Shown: positions 52,149 through 63,266, numbered from the stretch's first letter. The stretch is DNA of 64,000 nt from an uncultured Pelagibacteraceae bacterium (GCA_902564245.1 CACFAF010000002.1:37958-101957); one strand, 5' to 3'. Made by a program: numbers and translations. Notes: generated from the sequence alone by a model not told the origin.

Positions 52149-52429
52149 TATTTTATAAAATTTTCAGCGTAGGATTTCTTAATAATTTTCCTTTCTTTAG
52201 GCTCAATTATTTCAAATTTAATTTTATTCTTTTTTGCATATTCAATTGCAGACTCTTTATCTAAAAATTCAAGTTTAATTTCATGGAATGTATCAGTTGA
52301 ACTTTCCCATCCCATTAATGGATTAATACTATTATCTTCAGTTATAAACTCTAAAATCCATTTAGATGTATTACTTTTGCCTGACTGCATAGCAGTTTTC
52401 GAAGGTTTAAAAATTTTAGCTTTTCTCAT
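52148..52429 (-). CDS. ETC complex I accessory subunit (NDUFS4-like)
   Basis: KTAMQSG, NPLMGWESS.D, F...ESAI.YA, KSYAENF. Start placed at 52429 because the longer ORF runs into tRNA-Pro. Confidence 0.92.
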   Translation of the reverse strand: MRKAKIFKPSKTAMQSGKSNTSKWILEFITEDNSINPLMGWESSTDTFHEIKLEFLDKESAIEYAKKNKIKFEIIEPKERKIIKKSYAENFIK

Positions 52430-52433
52430 AAAA

Positions 52434-52510
<77 letters not shown>

Positions 52511-52605
52511 TGTGATGTACTAATACAGCAGATAATTGTAATTTCAAAGCATAAACAACATCAAATACAAAGGATTTTTTGAAAAATTTACTATATAAGA
52601 AAAAT

Positions 52606-53088
52606 ATGATTATCAAATGTAAAAAATGTAACAAAAGTTTTGAAATAGACTCAAATTTAATACCAGAAAATGGTAGATTGTTACAATGTGGCTCATGTGA
52701 GTATGAATGGTTTTTCATTAAAGAAAAAGATAAATCTAAAATTGATGATCTACCGAAAATTATAAAAGATACCTCTTCAAAAATACTAAAAAAAGAAGAA
52801 AATGAGGAAGTTATTACCGAAGATATATTTGAAGCTAAGATTGATAAAATAAATGATGACGAATATATAGAATTAAAAAAAGAAAAAAATAAAAAAGATA
52901 AAGATAAAAATATATCATTTATAAATATGATATTTGTTTTTATTATTTCATTTACTGCTTTAATTATTTTACTAGATACATTTAAAAACCAGCTATCAAC
53001 TATAATTCCTAATATTGATTTAATTTTAAATAATTTATATGAAACTTTGAAAGATATTTACTTATTTTTTAAAGACCTAATTAAATAA
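52606..53088 (+). CDS. MJ0042-type zinc-ribbon membrane protein
   Basis: MIIKCKKC...IP..GR.LQCGSC..EWF, charged linker, C-terminal TM helix. Confidence 0.85.
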   Translation: MIIKCKKCNKSFEIDSNLIPENGRLLQCGSCEYEWFFIKEKDKSKIDDLPKIIKDTSSKILKKEENEEVITEDIFEAKIDKINDDEYIELKKEKNKKDKDKNISFINMIFVFIISFTALIILLDTFKNQLSTIIPNIDLILNNLYETLKDIYLFFKDLIK

Positions 53089-53091
53089 TCT

Positions 53092-54264
53092 ATGCTTAGA
53101 TATATATCATCCCCATTTAAATGGTTTTTTAGATTAGAGGCTGCAAGTGGTTTAGTATTGTTATTTGCAGCTATTATTGCTCTTGTTATAAGTAATTCAA
53201 ATTTTTCTGATTTATATTTTTCAACATTAAATAAATATCTATTTTTAGGAATAAATAATTTTGGGTTAAAATTGACAGTTATTCATTGGATAAATGATGC
53301 TTTAATGGCAATATTTTTTTTCTTCGTTACATTAGAAATTAAAAGAGAATTTTTACAAGGTGAACTCTCAAATATAAAACAAGCATTATTACCAATAATT
53401 GCCGCTGTCGGAGGAATGTTAATTCCTGCTTTAATTTACATCTTTATAAATTTCGGAGACACCGAAACTTTTAATGGTTGGGCCATACCTTCTGCTACCG
53501 ATATAGCTTTTTCATTAGGTGTTCTTTCATTATTAGGAAGGAGAGTACCTTTATCATTAAAAGTTTTTTTAACAGCTCTTGCTATCATAGATGACTTAGG
53601 TGCTATTGTTATAATTGCACTATTTTATTCAGGAGATCTAAGTATTAAATATCTTACTTTAATGTTAGTTGCCTTTTTATCTTTATTATTAATTAATAAG
53701 TTTAATATAAAAAAATTTCTACCGTATCTAGTTATAGGCCTTTTACTTTGGGATTTTACTCATAATTCTGGAATCCACGCTACAATTGCAGGTGTTTTAT
53801 TAGCAATGACAATTCCTCATAGAAAAAAAGAAAAAGATTTTTCATTATTAATAAAAGTTGAACACGCAATAAGCCCTTATGTAGCTTTTGGTATTATGCC
53901 TTTATTTGCTTTTGCTAACGCAGGTGTATCTCTTGAAGGCTTATCTTTTTCATCTTTATTAGATAAAGTTCCTCTAGGAATAGTTTTGGGATTATTTTTG
54001 GGTAAACAATTAGGTGTTTTTGTATTTTCTTACGCTGCTATTAAATTGAAAGTTGCTCAGATGCCAAACAATTCAAACTGGTTTAATTTTTACGGTGTAG
54101 GTGTTTTAACAGGAATAGGTTTTACGATGAGCTTATTTGTTGGTAATTTAGCATTCGTGGAAAATATGCAATACATGGATGGTGTTAAAATTGGCGTACT
54201 AACTGGGTCATTATTATCCACTTTATTTGGTTACTTCCTGATATTACTTACTCCTAATAAATAA
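53092..54264 (+). CDS. nhaA: Na+/H+ antiporter NhaA
   Basis: WINDALMAIFF, GWAIPSATDIAF, LAIIDDLGAI, GIGFTMSLF. Confidence 0.97.
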   Translation: MLRYISSPFKWFFRLEAASGLVLLFAAIIALVISNSNFSDLYFSTLNKYLFLGINNFGLKLTVIHWINDALMAIFFFFVTLEIKREFLQGELSNIKQALLPIIAAVGGMLIPALIYIFINFGDTETFNGWAIPSATDIAFSLGVLSLLGRRVPLSLKVFLTALAIIDDLGAIVIIALFYSGDLSIKYLTLMLVAFLSLLLINKFNIKKFLPYLVIGLLLWDFTHNSGIHATIAGVLLAMTIPHRKKEKDFSLLIKVEHAISPYVAFGIMPLFAFANAGVSLEGLSFSSLLDKVPLGIVLGLFLGKQLGVFVFSYAAIKLKVAQMPNNSNWFNFYGVGVLTGIGFTMSLFVGNLAFVENMQYMDGVKIGVLTGSLLSTLFGYFLILLTPNK

Positions 54265-54272
54265 ATTTATTA

Positions 54273-54824
54273 ATGAAAAAAATAGTATTAATTTGGATAA
54301 CAATAATAATGTTTTTTATGAAGAATCCCGCAATTGCAAATTATGAAAAAGTTTTTTTCGACTTTAAGATTAATGATATTTCGGGAGAGATAATAGATTT
54401 AAAAAATTATAAAAATAAAGTTGTCTTATTAGTTAACACAGCAAGCAATTGTGGTTTTACTAAACAATATGATGATTTACAAAATTTATGGGACAAATAT
54501 AAGTCAAATGGCCTTATCGTTTTAGGGATACCATCAAATTCATTCAATCAAGAAAAAAAAGATGACAATGAAGTCAAAAAATTTTGTGAAGTAAATTTTA
54601 ATATTAGTTTCCCAATGTCAACAATAACAGATGTTAAAGGAGATAATTCTCATGAAATATACAAATGGGCAAAAAAAAATTATGGTAGATCAGCCATCCC
54701 TAAATGGAATTTTCATAAAATTCTTATAAATCAAGAGGGTAAAATTGAAGATACATTTGCTTCATTTACAAACCCTAACTCAAAAAAAATAACTACTAAA
54801 ATTGAAAAATTATTAAATTATTAA
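54273..54824 (+). CDS. Glutathione peroxidase family protein (Cys type) with N-terminal signal
   Basis: VNTASNCGFT, LGIPSNSF.QE, KWNFHK. Confidence 0.93.
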   Translation: MKKIVLIWITIIMFFMKNPAIANYEKVFFDFKINDISGEIIDLKNYKNKVVLLVNTASNCGFTKQYDDLQNLWDKYKSNGLIVLGIPSNSFNQEKKDDNEVKKFCEVNFNISFPMSTITDVKGDNSHEIYKWAKKNYGRSAIPKWNFHKILINQEGKIEDTFASFTNPNSKKITTKIEKLLNY

Positions 54825-55586
54825 ACTCAAACCATCATATGCTGGGATTATATTTCTTGGTAACTTCTTTTTTAAAACTTTATAATCCATATCCGAATGT
54901 AAATTTGTTAAAATCGTTTTTTTAGGTTTAAGATATTCAACTAAATCAATAATCTGATTTAAATTAAAATGTGAAGGATGCGCTTTATATCTTAAGCAAT
55001 CAATTATTAAAAATTTCATTCTTTTAAAAAATTTTAAATCTTTTTTATATATATAATTAGCATCACTGGCATATGCACATTTATTATTTATTATGAAACT
55101 TAAGGAATCTATTAGCCCATGTTTTACATGAATTGCTCTAATTGAAATTTTTTTATCTTTAATTTTAAAATTTAATACTTTTGGCATTTTGTTTAACTTT
55201 AAGATTGGAGGATAATCAATTGTTTTGCTAAAACAATATTTAAAGTTTGATTTTAAGTATTTTTCAGTAATTGTATCAGCATAAACTTCAATTTTTTTTT
55301 TATTTTTTAAATAAAAAATTCTTAAATCATTAATACCGTGAGTTTGATCAGCATGTTTGTGGGAATATAGTACTTTATCAATATTTTTAACTTTATTTTT
55401 TAATAATTGAGATCTTAAATCAGGAGATGTGTCTATTAATATATTTTTTTTATAGGCTTTTATTAAAGCTGAACATCTTGATCTGTGATTCATTTTATTT
55501 TTTGGATCACAATTTCCAAAATATCCATCAGCCCTTGGCACACCCATTGAGCTTCCACAACCTAAAATGATAAATTTTATAGTCAT
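54813..55586 (-). CDS. Metallo-beta-lactamase fold hydrolase (PhnP/YycJ-like)
   Basis: LGCGSSMGVP, IDTSPD, SHKHADQTHG, AYDG. Confidence 0.9.
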   Translation of the reverse strand: MTIKFIILGCGSSMGVPRADGYFGNCDPKNKMNHRSRCSALIKAYKKNILIDTSPDLRSQLLKNKVKNIDKVLYSHKHADQTHGINDLRIFYLKNKKKIEVYADTITEKYLKSNFKYCFSKTIDYPPILKLNKMPKVLNFKIKDKKISIRAIHVKHGLIDSLSFIINNKCAYASDANYIYKKDLKFFKRMKFLIIDCLRYKAHPSHFNLNQIIDLVEYLKPKKTILTNLHSDMDYKVLKKKLPRNIIPAYDGLSLII

Positions 55587-56350
55587 TATCTAAAAGAAAA
55601 TAATTTATCAAAATTATTCGTAGTAATTTCAGTAATTTTATCAAATGATAAAGATCTTAATTCACCCAATTTTTCTAATGTATATTTTATAAAAGATGGT
55701 TCATTTTTTTTACCTCTCATTGGTATTGGAGCTAGATAAGGACTATCAGTTTCTATTAATAATCTATTCAATGGAATAGTTTTGAATGTTTCTTGTAAAT
55801 CAATACTATTCTTAAATGTTATAATACCACTAGCTGAAAAAAATGAATTAATATCAATTAATTTTTTTGCAAATTCTTTTGAACCAGTGAAGCAATGCAT
55901 TAAAATTTTTGGTTTATTATTTTTATAAGAATTTAGAATTTCGAAAGTTTCTTTTTCAGCATTTCTTGAGTGCACAATTATAGGTAAATTTAAATCTATT
56001 GCAGCTTCTATATGAGTTTCAAAACTTTTAATTTGTACCATTTTATTGCTGTGATTATAATAAAAATCAAGACCTGTCTCACCTACCCCTATTAGCTTCT
56101 TATTTAGATTTATATTTTCAATGATCAAATTTTTCGAAGCAACATTTTTTTCAGTCTCATGTGGATGAATGCCAAAAGTACCAAAAATTATTGGGTCAAT
56201 TTTAATTATATCTAGAATTTTTTTAAAACTTTCAAAAGTGGTTGATATTGTTAAAAGCTTTGTTAAACCAATCTTTTTTGATCTTTCTATAATTAGATCA
56301 ATATTTTCATTCAATGGTTCATGATCTAAATGGCAATGTGAGTCAATCAT
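55586..56350 (-). CDS. tatD: TatD family hydrolase
   Basis: IDSHCHL, GIHPH, GETGLD, VHSR, HCFTG, ETDSPYL. Confidence 0.95.
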   Translation of the reverse strand: MIDSHCHLDHEPLNENIDLIIERSKKIGLTKLLTISTTFESFKKILDIIKIDPIIFGTFGIHPHETEKNVASKNLIIENINLNKKLIGVGETGLDFYYNHSNKMVQIKSFETHIEAAIDLNLPIIVHSRNAEKETFEILNSYKNNKPKILMHCFTGSKEFAKKLIDINSFFSASGIITFKNSIDLQETFKTIPLNRLLIETDSPYLAPIPMRGKKNEPSFIKYTLEKLGELRSLSFDKITEITTNNFDKLFSFR

Positions 56351-57882
56351 TTTTTTAATATCTTTTTAAATAGTATATCAATTTTATTAATTTTTTTACC
56401 TTCTTTTAGGTATGTATGATCTTTAAGTGAAGAAAAATCTAATTCATTTTGCTTAATATCAAAAATTTTCAATGCTTTAATAGAACTTTCTGGAATAATT
56501 GGATAAAGCATAATTGAAACCTTTCTAATAATTTCTAATGAAGTATAAACTATTGTATTTAATCTGACCTCATCATCTTTTTTACTCCAAGGCTCTTGGT
56601 CGTTAAAGTATTTATTAGCATCAAATAAAGAATTAACTATAAATTGTATATAGAAATTTAGATTTTGTTTATCAATTTCTGTTCGAATTTTATCTAAATT
56701 CTCTGAAAATTTGTTTAAAATCTTTAAATCATCATTTTGAAATTTAATTTTTTTAGGTATTGAAAGAGAAAAATTTTTTTCATTAAAAGATACAACTCTT
56801 TGACATAAATTTCCAAAATTATTAGCTAGATCACTATTTATACAATTTTCAAGTTTATCTTTAGAAATATTTCCATCACTACCGAAAGAAACCTCTTTAA
56901 TTAAATAATATCTTAGAGGATCTAAGCCATAATTATCAATAATTTCTAATGGATCTAATATATTACCTTTTGATTTAGACATTTTCTCATCACCAGATAA
57001 AATCCATCCATGTCCATAAATTTTTTTAGGAAGAGGTATTTTTGCTGCTAATAAAAAAGCAGGCCAATAAATTGCATGGAACCTTAATATATCTTTTCCT
57101 ATAAGGTGTAAATCTGCTGGCCAAAAATCTTTATATAATTTATTTTTGGTATCTGGATATTTTAAACTACTTAAATAATTCGTTAAAGCATCTAACCATA
57201 CATAAATAACGTGTTTATCATTATTTGGAACTTTAATACCCCACGATATAGACTTTCTACTAATTGAGAGATCCTTAAGTCCACTCTCGACAAAGCTTAT
57301 TACTTCATTTTTTCTAGATTTTGGAAGTATAAAATCTGGATTCTCTTTATAGTGATCTAATAATTTATTTTGCCATTTTGATAATTTAAAAAAATATGAT
57401 TCTTCCTCTACCCATTCAACTTTTGATCCAGAAACAATAGAAACATTATCACCATCTTTACTAGTGATTTCATCATTGTTATAAAAAGCTTCATCAGAAA
57501 CTGAATACCAACCTGAATATTTTGATAAATAAATATCACCACTTTTTTCAAGTAAATCCCATAAATATTGAACTGATTTAAAATGTCTTTTTTCAGTTGT
57601 TCTTATGAAATCTGTATTTTTCAGATTTAATTTTTTTGTTAGATCTTTAAAAGTTTTACTAATTTTATCACAAAATTCTAAAGGATTCATATTTGCTTTT
57701 TCTGCTGCTCTTTGTATTTTTAAACCGTGTTCGTCAGTCCCAGTTAAAAAATGAACATCATAACCATCTATCATTTTAATTCTCGCAAACACATCAGCAA
57801 CAATGCTTGTATAAGCATGGCCCATGTGAGGTTTTGCTGAAGGATAAAATATAGGTGTTGTAATATAAAATTTTTTAGACAT
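56347..57882 (-). CDS. metG: Methionine--tRNA ligase (short form)
   Basis: HMGH (HIGH), GTDEHG, YVWLDAL, GKDILRFH, KMSKS. Confidence 0.98.
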   Translation of the reverse strand: MSKKFYITTPIFYPSAKPHMGHAYTSIVADVFARIKMIDGYDVHFLTGTDEHGLKIQRAAEKANMNPLEFCDKISKTFKDLTKKLNLKNTDFIRTTEKRHFKSVQYLWDLLEKSGDIYLSKYSGWYSVSDEAFYNNDEITSKDGDNVSIVSGSKVEWVEEESYFFKLSKWQNKLLDHYKENPDFILPKSRKNEVISFVESGLKDLSISRKSISWGIKVPNNDKHVIYVWLDALTNYLSSLKYPDTKNKLYKDFWPADLHLIGKDILRFHAIYWPAFLLAAKIPLPKKIYGHGWILSGDEKMSKSKGNILDPLEIIDNYGLDPLRYYLIKEVSFGSDGNISKDKLENCINSDLANNFGNLCQRVVSFNEKNFSLSIPKKIKFQNDDLKILNKFSENLDKIRTEIDKQNLNFYIQFIVNSLFDANKYFNDQEPWSKKDDEVRLNTIVYTSLEIIRKVSIMLYPIIPESSIKALKIFDIKQNELDFSSLKDHTYLKEGKKINKIDILFKKILKK

Positions 57883-58813
57883 TCAAAATTTTTGATTTAA
57901 ACTCCATAAACAAACTTTCTATATCTAAATTAAATTTTTTAGTATTATTAATCTTTTTTATAAATTTATTATAATATTTAATAAATTTTTTTTTGTCATT
58001 GGAAGTTCCAAATATTCTTAAAAAATATAATTCAATAAAATTAAATATATTATGCTTGATGAACATATCATTTTTGTAATGATTTTTTTCAATTAAAAAT
58101 GATAAAAAGTCATTTAAATTAATATCTTTAAGATCAATCTTGTGTGTTTTAGAAAAATCTAAAAATTCAATGAAAAAACCTGGAGTATTATAATAATTTA
58201 TTAAATCTTGATTTATTAAATCTGAAATATCATCCTTAATAATTTTGTTTGTGATAGCTAGAGTATTATAAAATGTAAAATTTATTTTATAAGTTATACA
58301 TCTAGATTTTAAAGTTTCAGAAATTTTTTTATTACTATTATGTATTAATATAAAAAAAATATTTTCGTTAGGCTCTTCTATAATTTTCAATAAGGCGTTT
58401 GTTGAGTTAAGATTTAGATTTTCTAGATTATCGATCAAAATAATTCGAGGCTGATTATTAAAACTTGATTTATTTGTGTAATCTATCATTTTTCTAATTT
58501 GTGAAATTTCAATATTTTTTTTATCATCAATTAAATCAATTAAATGAAAATTTTGATGAGTCTTATTAATAATTAGGTTATACGATTTGTTTTCTTTATT
58601 AATTGTATTTGTTTTAACTTCGTAAGAATGCTCTTCATTTTTTGAAAAAATATAATTTATAATATGATAAGCCAATGTAGCTTTACCCAAACCCTTTGGT
58701 CCACTTAATAAAATTTTATTAGGTAATTTTCTGGATTCAAAAGAATTTATAATATTTTGAATTGTTGAGTCATGACCATAAAGATTAATTTGTGTATTAG
58801 GACTATATTTCAT
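57875..58813 (-). CDS. holB: DNA polymerase III subunit delta'
   Basis: LLSGPKGLGK, NALLKIIEEP, TLKSRC; tmk-holB-metG-tatD order. Confidence 0.9.
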   Translation of the reverse strand: MKYSPNTQINLYGHDSTIQNIINSFESRKLPNKILLSGPKGLGKATLAYHIINYIFSKNEEHSYEVKTNTINKENKSYNLIINKTHQNFHLIDLIDDKKNIEISQIRKMIDYTNKSSFNNQPRIILIDNLENLNLNSTNALLKIIEEPNENIFFILIHNSNKKISETLKSRCITYKINFTFYNTLAITNKIIKDDISDLINQDLINYYNTPGFFIEFLDFSKTHKIDLKDINLNDFLSFLIEKNHYKNDMFIKHNIFNFIELYFLRIFGTSNDKKKFIKYYNKFIKKINNTKKFNLDIESLFMEFKSKILNV

Positions 58814-59427
58814 TTAATTAATTTATTAACTTTATCTAAGATAATTAATTTATTCTCATTTATACTCAAATTTGAATTAATTTTGAGATATTTATTTTTT
58901 TCCCTATTTGCTATTTTGATAAATCCATTTTGAATTTTCTTATATAACTTAATACTAAATTTATCATATCTATTCAAATTTTTTCTTTTAGCTAGTCTAA
59001 TTCTTAAATTTTTTTCATTAACTAGATTAAGAAATGTAAAATTAATTTTTATATTCTTTAACAAAAACTTATTTAAAAAATTGATTAATTTTATATTAAT
59101 ACCCATTCCATAATGTTGGTAAGCTATAGTAGAATCTATGAATCTATCGACTAATATGATTTTTTTTTTATAGTTTTTTCTTATTACTTTTTCAATATTT
59201 TCACTTCTAGAGGCCATATAAAGTAGTAAGTCAGTTTCTTTATTAAATTTTGAATTGTTATTTAATATTAATTTTCTTATTCTTTCTGAACCTTTACTAC
59301 CGCCAGGTTCTCTAATTTTAATAAATTTTATATCTTTTTTTTTAAGAAAATTAACTACATTTTTTATGTGCAGGGATTTACCTGATCCTTCAATACCTTC
59401 AAATACTATTATTGGTTTTTTAGACAT
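58810..59427 (-). CDS. tmk: Thymidylate kinase
   Basis: FEGIEGSGKS, REPGG, DRFIDSTIAYQ. Confidence 0.96.
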   Translation of the reverse strand: MSKKPIIVFEGIEGSGKSLHIKNVVNFLKKKDIKFIKIREPGGSKGSERIRKLILNNNSKFNKETDLLLYMASRSENIEKVIRKNYKKKIILVDRFIDSTIAYQHYGMGINIKLINFLNKFLLKNIKINFTFLNLVNEKNLRIRLAKRKNLNRYDKFSIKLYKKIQNGFIKIANREKNKYLKINSNLSINENKLIILDKVNKLIK

Positions 59428-60580
59428 CACCCCAGATTAAATAATTAATTGACTTTATTAATCTGGAAAAAATATTTAGTCTATCAATATTTTCATAAGC
59501 TAATAGATCATATTCATCAGTAAGCTCGTCTTTATAAAAAATCTTTAATTTTCCTAAGATCTGATCCTTAATAATTGGTGCTTTAATCGGTCCATTGTAT
59601 TCAATTTTAGCTTTTAAATATTTTTTTCTTGCCTTTGGTACAGTTTTATAAAGATCTTTATTTACATAGGCATCTATTTTATCTTTTTTACCCAACCAAA
59701 CATCTAATGATACAAAACTTTTATCTTTTTTAGCTATTTCAATTACATCAAAATTAGTTAATCCCCATATATGTAATTTTGCGGATTCTTTAGACCTGTC
59801 GTTTTTAGTTTTAAAGCCGCTAGCTACTGCTATTAATCTTCTATTATTTTTATATATAGAAGATGCTAAAGAATATCTTTCAACTGCTAAATAACCTGTT
59901 TTAATTCCATCTGCTCCAATATTTTTATAAAGTAATGGATTTCGATTTCCTTGTTTAATTGGATCTCCGCCTGTTCTATCCCAAGTAAATTCTTTTTCTT
60001 TGAAATATTCATAATATTTTGGATATTTTTTAATTAAATAATTAGACATTATTAAAATATCTCTTACTGTAGAATAATTATCAGGATCATTAATACCTGA
60101 GGAATTTGTAAAATTTGTATTTTCCATTCCGATTTCCTTAGCTTTAGCAGTCATCATAATCGCAAATTGTTCCTCAGAACCTGCTATACCTTCCGCTAAA
60201 GCTATACAGGCATCATTCCCTGATGCAACGATTATACCTTTTAATAAATCTTCTACTGAGACTTCATCATTCACCATTATAAACATTGATGAATAACCAG
60301 ATGTAGATAATCTCCATGCATTTTCTGATACTAAAAACTTATCATCAAGACTTAAATCACCTTTTTGAAGTAATTCAAAAGCAATAATTGAAGTCATTAT
60401 TTTAGTCATAGATGCAGGATAAATAGATCGATCAGCATCTTTTTCAAAAAGAATTTCACCTGTTAAAAAATCTTGAAGTATTACAGTTGGTGCTTTTATA
60501 TCAAATGCAACACTCGCATTACTTGATAAAGTAAAACATAAAACTAATTTAATAAAAAAAAATTTAATTAACCTAATCAT
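59420..60580 (-). CDS. D-alanyl-D-alanine carboxypeptidase (PBP5/6 family)
   Basis: PASMTK (SxxK), SGN, KTG. Confidence 0.95.
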   Translation of the reverse strand: MIRLIKFFFIKLVLCFTLSSNASVAFDIKAPTVILQDFLTGEILFEKDADRSIYPASMTKIMTSIIAFELLQKGDLSLDDKFLVSENAWRLSTSGYSSMFIMVNDEVSVEDLLKGIIVASGNDACIALAEGIAGSEEQFAIMMTAKAKEIGMENTNFTNSSGINDPDNYSTVRDILIMSNYLIKKYPKYYEYFKEKEFTWDRTGGDPIKQGNRNPLLYKNIGADGIKTGYLAVERYSLASSIYKNNRRLIAVASGFKTKNDRSKESAKLHIWGLTNFDVIEIAKKDKSFVSLDVWLGKKDKIDAYVNKDLYKTVPKARKKYLKAKIEYNGPIKAPIIKDQILGKLKIFYKDELTDEYDLLAYENIDRLNIFSRLIKSINYLIWGDV

Positions 60581-61337
60581 TTTTAATAATTTCTAAATTT
60601 TCAAATTCCAATATATCTATATCATTAAAAGCCATTTGTAGTGAATTTATGTTGTTAAAAGGTCCCAACAAAACTCTGTATTTTGTATTATTTATTTTTA
60701 TAATTTTAACACTTCTAATTCTTGTTTCGTTTTTGATTCTTTTTCTCATAGATTTTGCTGTATCCTTAAAATAAAAATCTGCAATCTTAATTGAATAATC
60801 AAATTTTTTCTTTTTTATAAGTTTCTTTTTTTTTGATGAAGAATTTAAATTGTTTATACTAATCGAGTCTACAGGAGCTTTATTGGCAACTTGCTTTTCT
60901 TCGTCAAAAGTTTTAGATTTTTTTGCAACAAAGGTAGAGTTATTTAAAATCTCTGAAATTTCCACATAAGGCTCATTTAAGTCTAATTGAATTTCATCAG
61001 CAATTCTTTTGGTAATGACTGAGTTGTTAAATTTTGGATATTTTGTAGTTTGACCAACTTTAGCAATTACTGATTTTCCGTTAATAATATTATTAATTTT
61101 TACAGTAGATCCTTTTTTTAAATTTTTCTGAAAAATTATTAAATCTCTATCATTTAATTTTCTCGAAATCTTTTTTGTTTTGTATAATTCATCTGAATAT
61201 ATTAGAGCAAATCCTTGATTATTAAAACCATCTTTAAAAACTATTTTTTTTGTATCATTAATAACATTTACATCTGTATAAATAGTGCATTCGGATAACA
61301 AAAAAAATAAAGGTATTAAAATATATTTATAATTCAT
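60573..61337 (-). CDS. RlpA-like protein with C-terminal SPOR domain (divergent DPBB domain)
   Basis: GSTVKINN..NGKSV DPBB-like segment, YRVLLGPF SPOR motif; position between mltB and dac. Confidence 0.7.
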   Translation of the reverse strand: MNYKYILIPLFFLLSECTIYTDVNVINDTKKIVFKDGFNNQGFALIYSDELYKTKKISRKLNDRDLIIFQKNLKKGSTVKINNIINGKSVIAKVGQTTKYPKFNNSVITKRIADEIQLDLNEPYVEISEILNNSTFVAKKSKTFDEEKQVANKAPVDSISINNLNSSSKKKKLIKKKKFDYSIKIADFYFKDTAKSMRKRIKNETRIRSVKIIKINNTKYRVLLGPFNNINSLQMAFNDIDILEFENLEIIKND

Positions 61338-62322
61338 TTTCAAATTTATTTTTTAATTTACATACCGCTAAGGCAAATCTTAAAGATCTGTTCCATTTTA
61401 ATATTAATTCATAATTACTAAATACTAAATAAGCTGGTTCTAAATTCTCCGAGTCTGGTATTATGTCTTTATCTGGAGTAATTATACCCACTATTAAGCC
61501 TTCATTAATAGAATTGTTTTCAAAATTCTCTATATATTTTTTAAAATATTTTAAACTTTTTTTATTCTTAATCTTTTTAGCTGAAGTATTAAGATATTTA
61601 TTTGGTATATTGTCTGAGAGATTAACCTTTAAATAACAAGGTTGGTCTTTTTTCCAACCAATCCTATTTATATAATTTGCCGCAGATGCAAAAGAGTCTT
61701 CTAAATTTTTTAATTCAATTTTGTTATCGTTATTAAAATCTATAGCATATTTTTTAATTGTACTAGGCATAAATTGAAAATTGCCAAAAGCACCCGCCCA
61801 TGATCCATATAATATCTTATAGTCAATAATATCTAATTCAATTAATTGAAGGATAGTAATTAATTCTTTTGTAAAAAAATCACTTCTTCTCTTATCAAAA
61901 CTAAGTGTAGCTAAAGAAGAAATAATATCCATTTTACCCAAATATGTACCAAAATTAGTCTCTATACCCATCAAAGCTAACAATAGTTCTTTTTCAACTA
62001 AAAATTTTTTTTCAACAGAGTTAATTAAATCTAAATTTTTTTCATATAATTTGATTCCTTTTTCAACTTTTTTTTTTGAAGTTCTTTTTTTAATATAAGT
62101 ATATGTATCTTCATAAAATTCAGGTTGATATCTATCGTATTCAATTACTTTAGGCAAAAATTCAACATTTATCATAACCTTATCAAAAGTGTTTTCTGAA
62201 ATTTTACTATTTAAAGCAAATTTTTTAAAAGATTTTAACCAGTTGTTAAATTCATTATTACTAGCTTCTAATGAATTTGAAGTAAAAAAAAATAATATAA
62301 AAAAATATCTAATTATTTTCAT
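61327..62322 (-). CDS. Lytic murein transglycosylase (MltB family)
   Basis: DRYQPEF, GIETNFG, GSWAGAFGNFQFMPS, SAANY, WNRS. Confidence 0.94.
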   Translation of the reverse strand: MKIIRYFFILFFFTSNSLEASNNEFNNWLKSFKKFALNSKISENTFDKVMINVEFLPKVIEYDRYQPEFYEDTYTYIKKRTSKKKVEKGIKLYEKNLDLINSVEKKFLVEKELLLALMGIETNFGTYLGKMDIISSLATLSFDKRRSDFFTKELITILQLIELDIIDYKILYGSWAGAFGNFQFMPSTIKKYAIDFNNDNKIELKNLEDSFASAANYINRIGWKKDQPCYLKVNLSDNIPNKYLNTSAKKIKNKKSLKYFKKYIENFENNSINEGLIVGIITPDKDIIPDSENLEPAYLVFSNYELILKWNRSLRFALAVCKLKNKFENEL

Positions 62323-63187
62323 AAAGATCTTTTAAATAAATAAATACAGCAAGCCAAATAAAAATGAAGCTAATGAACTTTGGGGTTGAAAAAGGTTCAT
62401 TAAAATAAAAAAAACCTAGTAAAAATTGGCTTGTAGGAGTTATAAAAAAGATTAAACCTGAAGTAGCCATTGTAGTTTTTTCTAAACCTTTGATATATAA
62501 AAATAGTGGAATCACTGTCATTAAACCTGCCAAGATTAACATTAAAATATTCATTGGATCTTGAAAAGTAAAATCATTATTCCCGCTTTGATAAATTAGG
62601 TAAGAGACAACTAATGCAAATGGAAGAATAAAAAGAGCCTCTATAAATAAACCAATATCAGTATCAACATTTATTTTTTTTCTTAATAAATTGTAAAAGC
62701 CCCAAAAAAAAGCAACAAGAAATCCAACCCATGGAAAAGAATCTAAATTGAAAAGCAGATAAATTGAAGAAAGAATCACAATTAAAATTGAAATTTTTCT
62801 TTTATCATTTAATTTTTCTTTTAAAAAAATGTATCCTAAAAAAACTGTTAAAATTGGAAAGATAAAATAACCATAACTTGCATCTATTATTCTATCAGTT
62901 GAAATAGCGTAAATCCAAGTAGACCAATTTAAAAATATTAATAAACTAGTAAAAAAAAGAATTAATAAATTTTTTTTTTGTTTTAAAATTTTCTTAAATA
63001 TGTCAATTTTTCTAAAATAAAGTGTAGTTAAAAATAATATTGCACAAGTCCAAATTAAACGATGAATTACTACTTCAAGAGCACCCATGTAAGAAATATA
63101 TTTAAAAAAAATAGTTCCTAATACACCCCACCATAATGATCCAATGCTTGTATAGATTATTCCTTTTTTAAATTGAGATTGCTTCAT
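62309..63187 (-). CDS. rarD: EamA family transporter RarD
   Basis: WWG, HRLIW, ASYGYFIFP, YNLLRK, FITPTSQF. Confidence 0.9.
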   Translation of the reverse strand: MKQSQFKKGIIYTSIGSLWWGVLGTIFFKYISYMGALEVVIHRLIWTCAILFLTTLYFRKIDIFKKILKQKKNLLILFFTSLLIFLNWSTWIYAISTDRIIDASYGYFIFPILTVFLGYIFLKEKLNDKRKISILIVILSSIYLLFNLDSFPWVGFLVAFFWGFYNLLRKKINVDTDIGLFIEALFILPFALVVSYLIYQSGNNDFTFQDPMNILMLILAGLMTVIPLFLYIKGLEKTTMATSGLIFFITPTSQFLLGFFYFNEPFSTPKFISFIFIWLAVFIYLKDLYENN

Positions 63188-63266
63188 AAAATAAATTGAA
63201 TTAAATTCTTTATATCATCATTTTTAAGTTGAAAAGATCATAAAATCCGAATAAACACTAGCGCAT

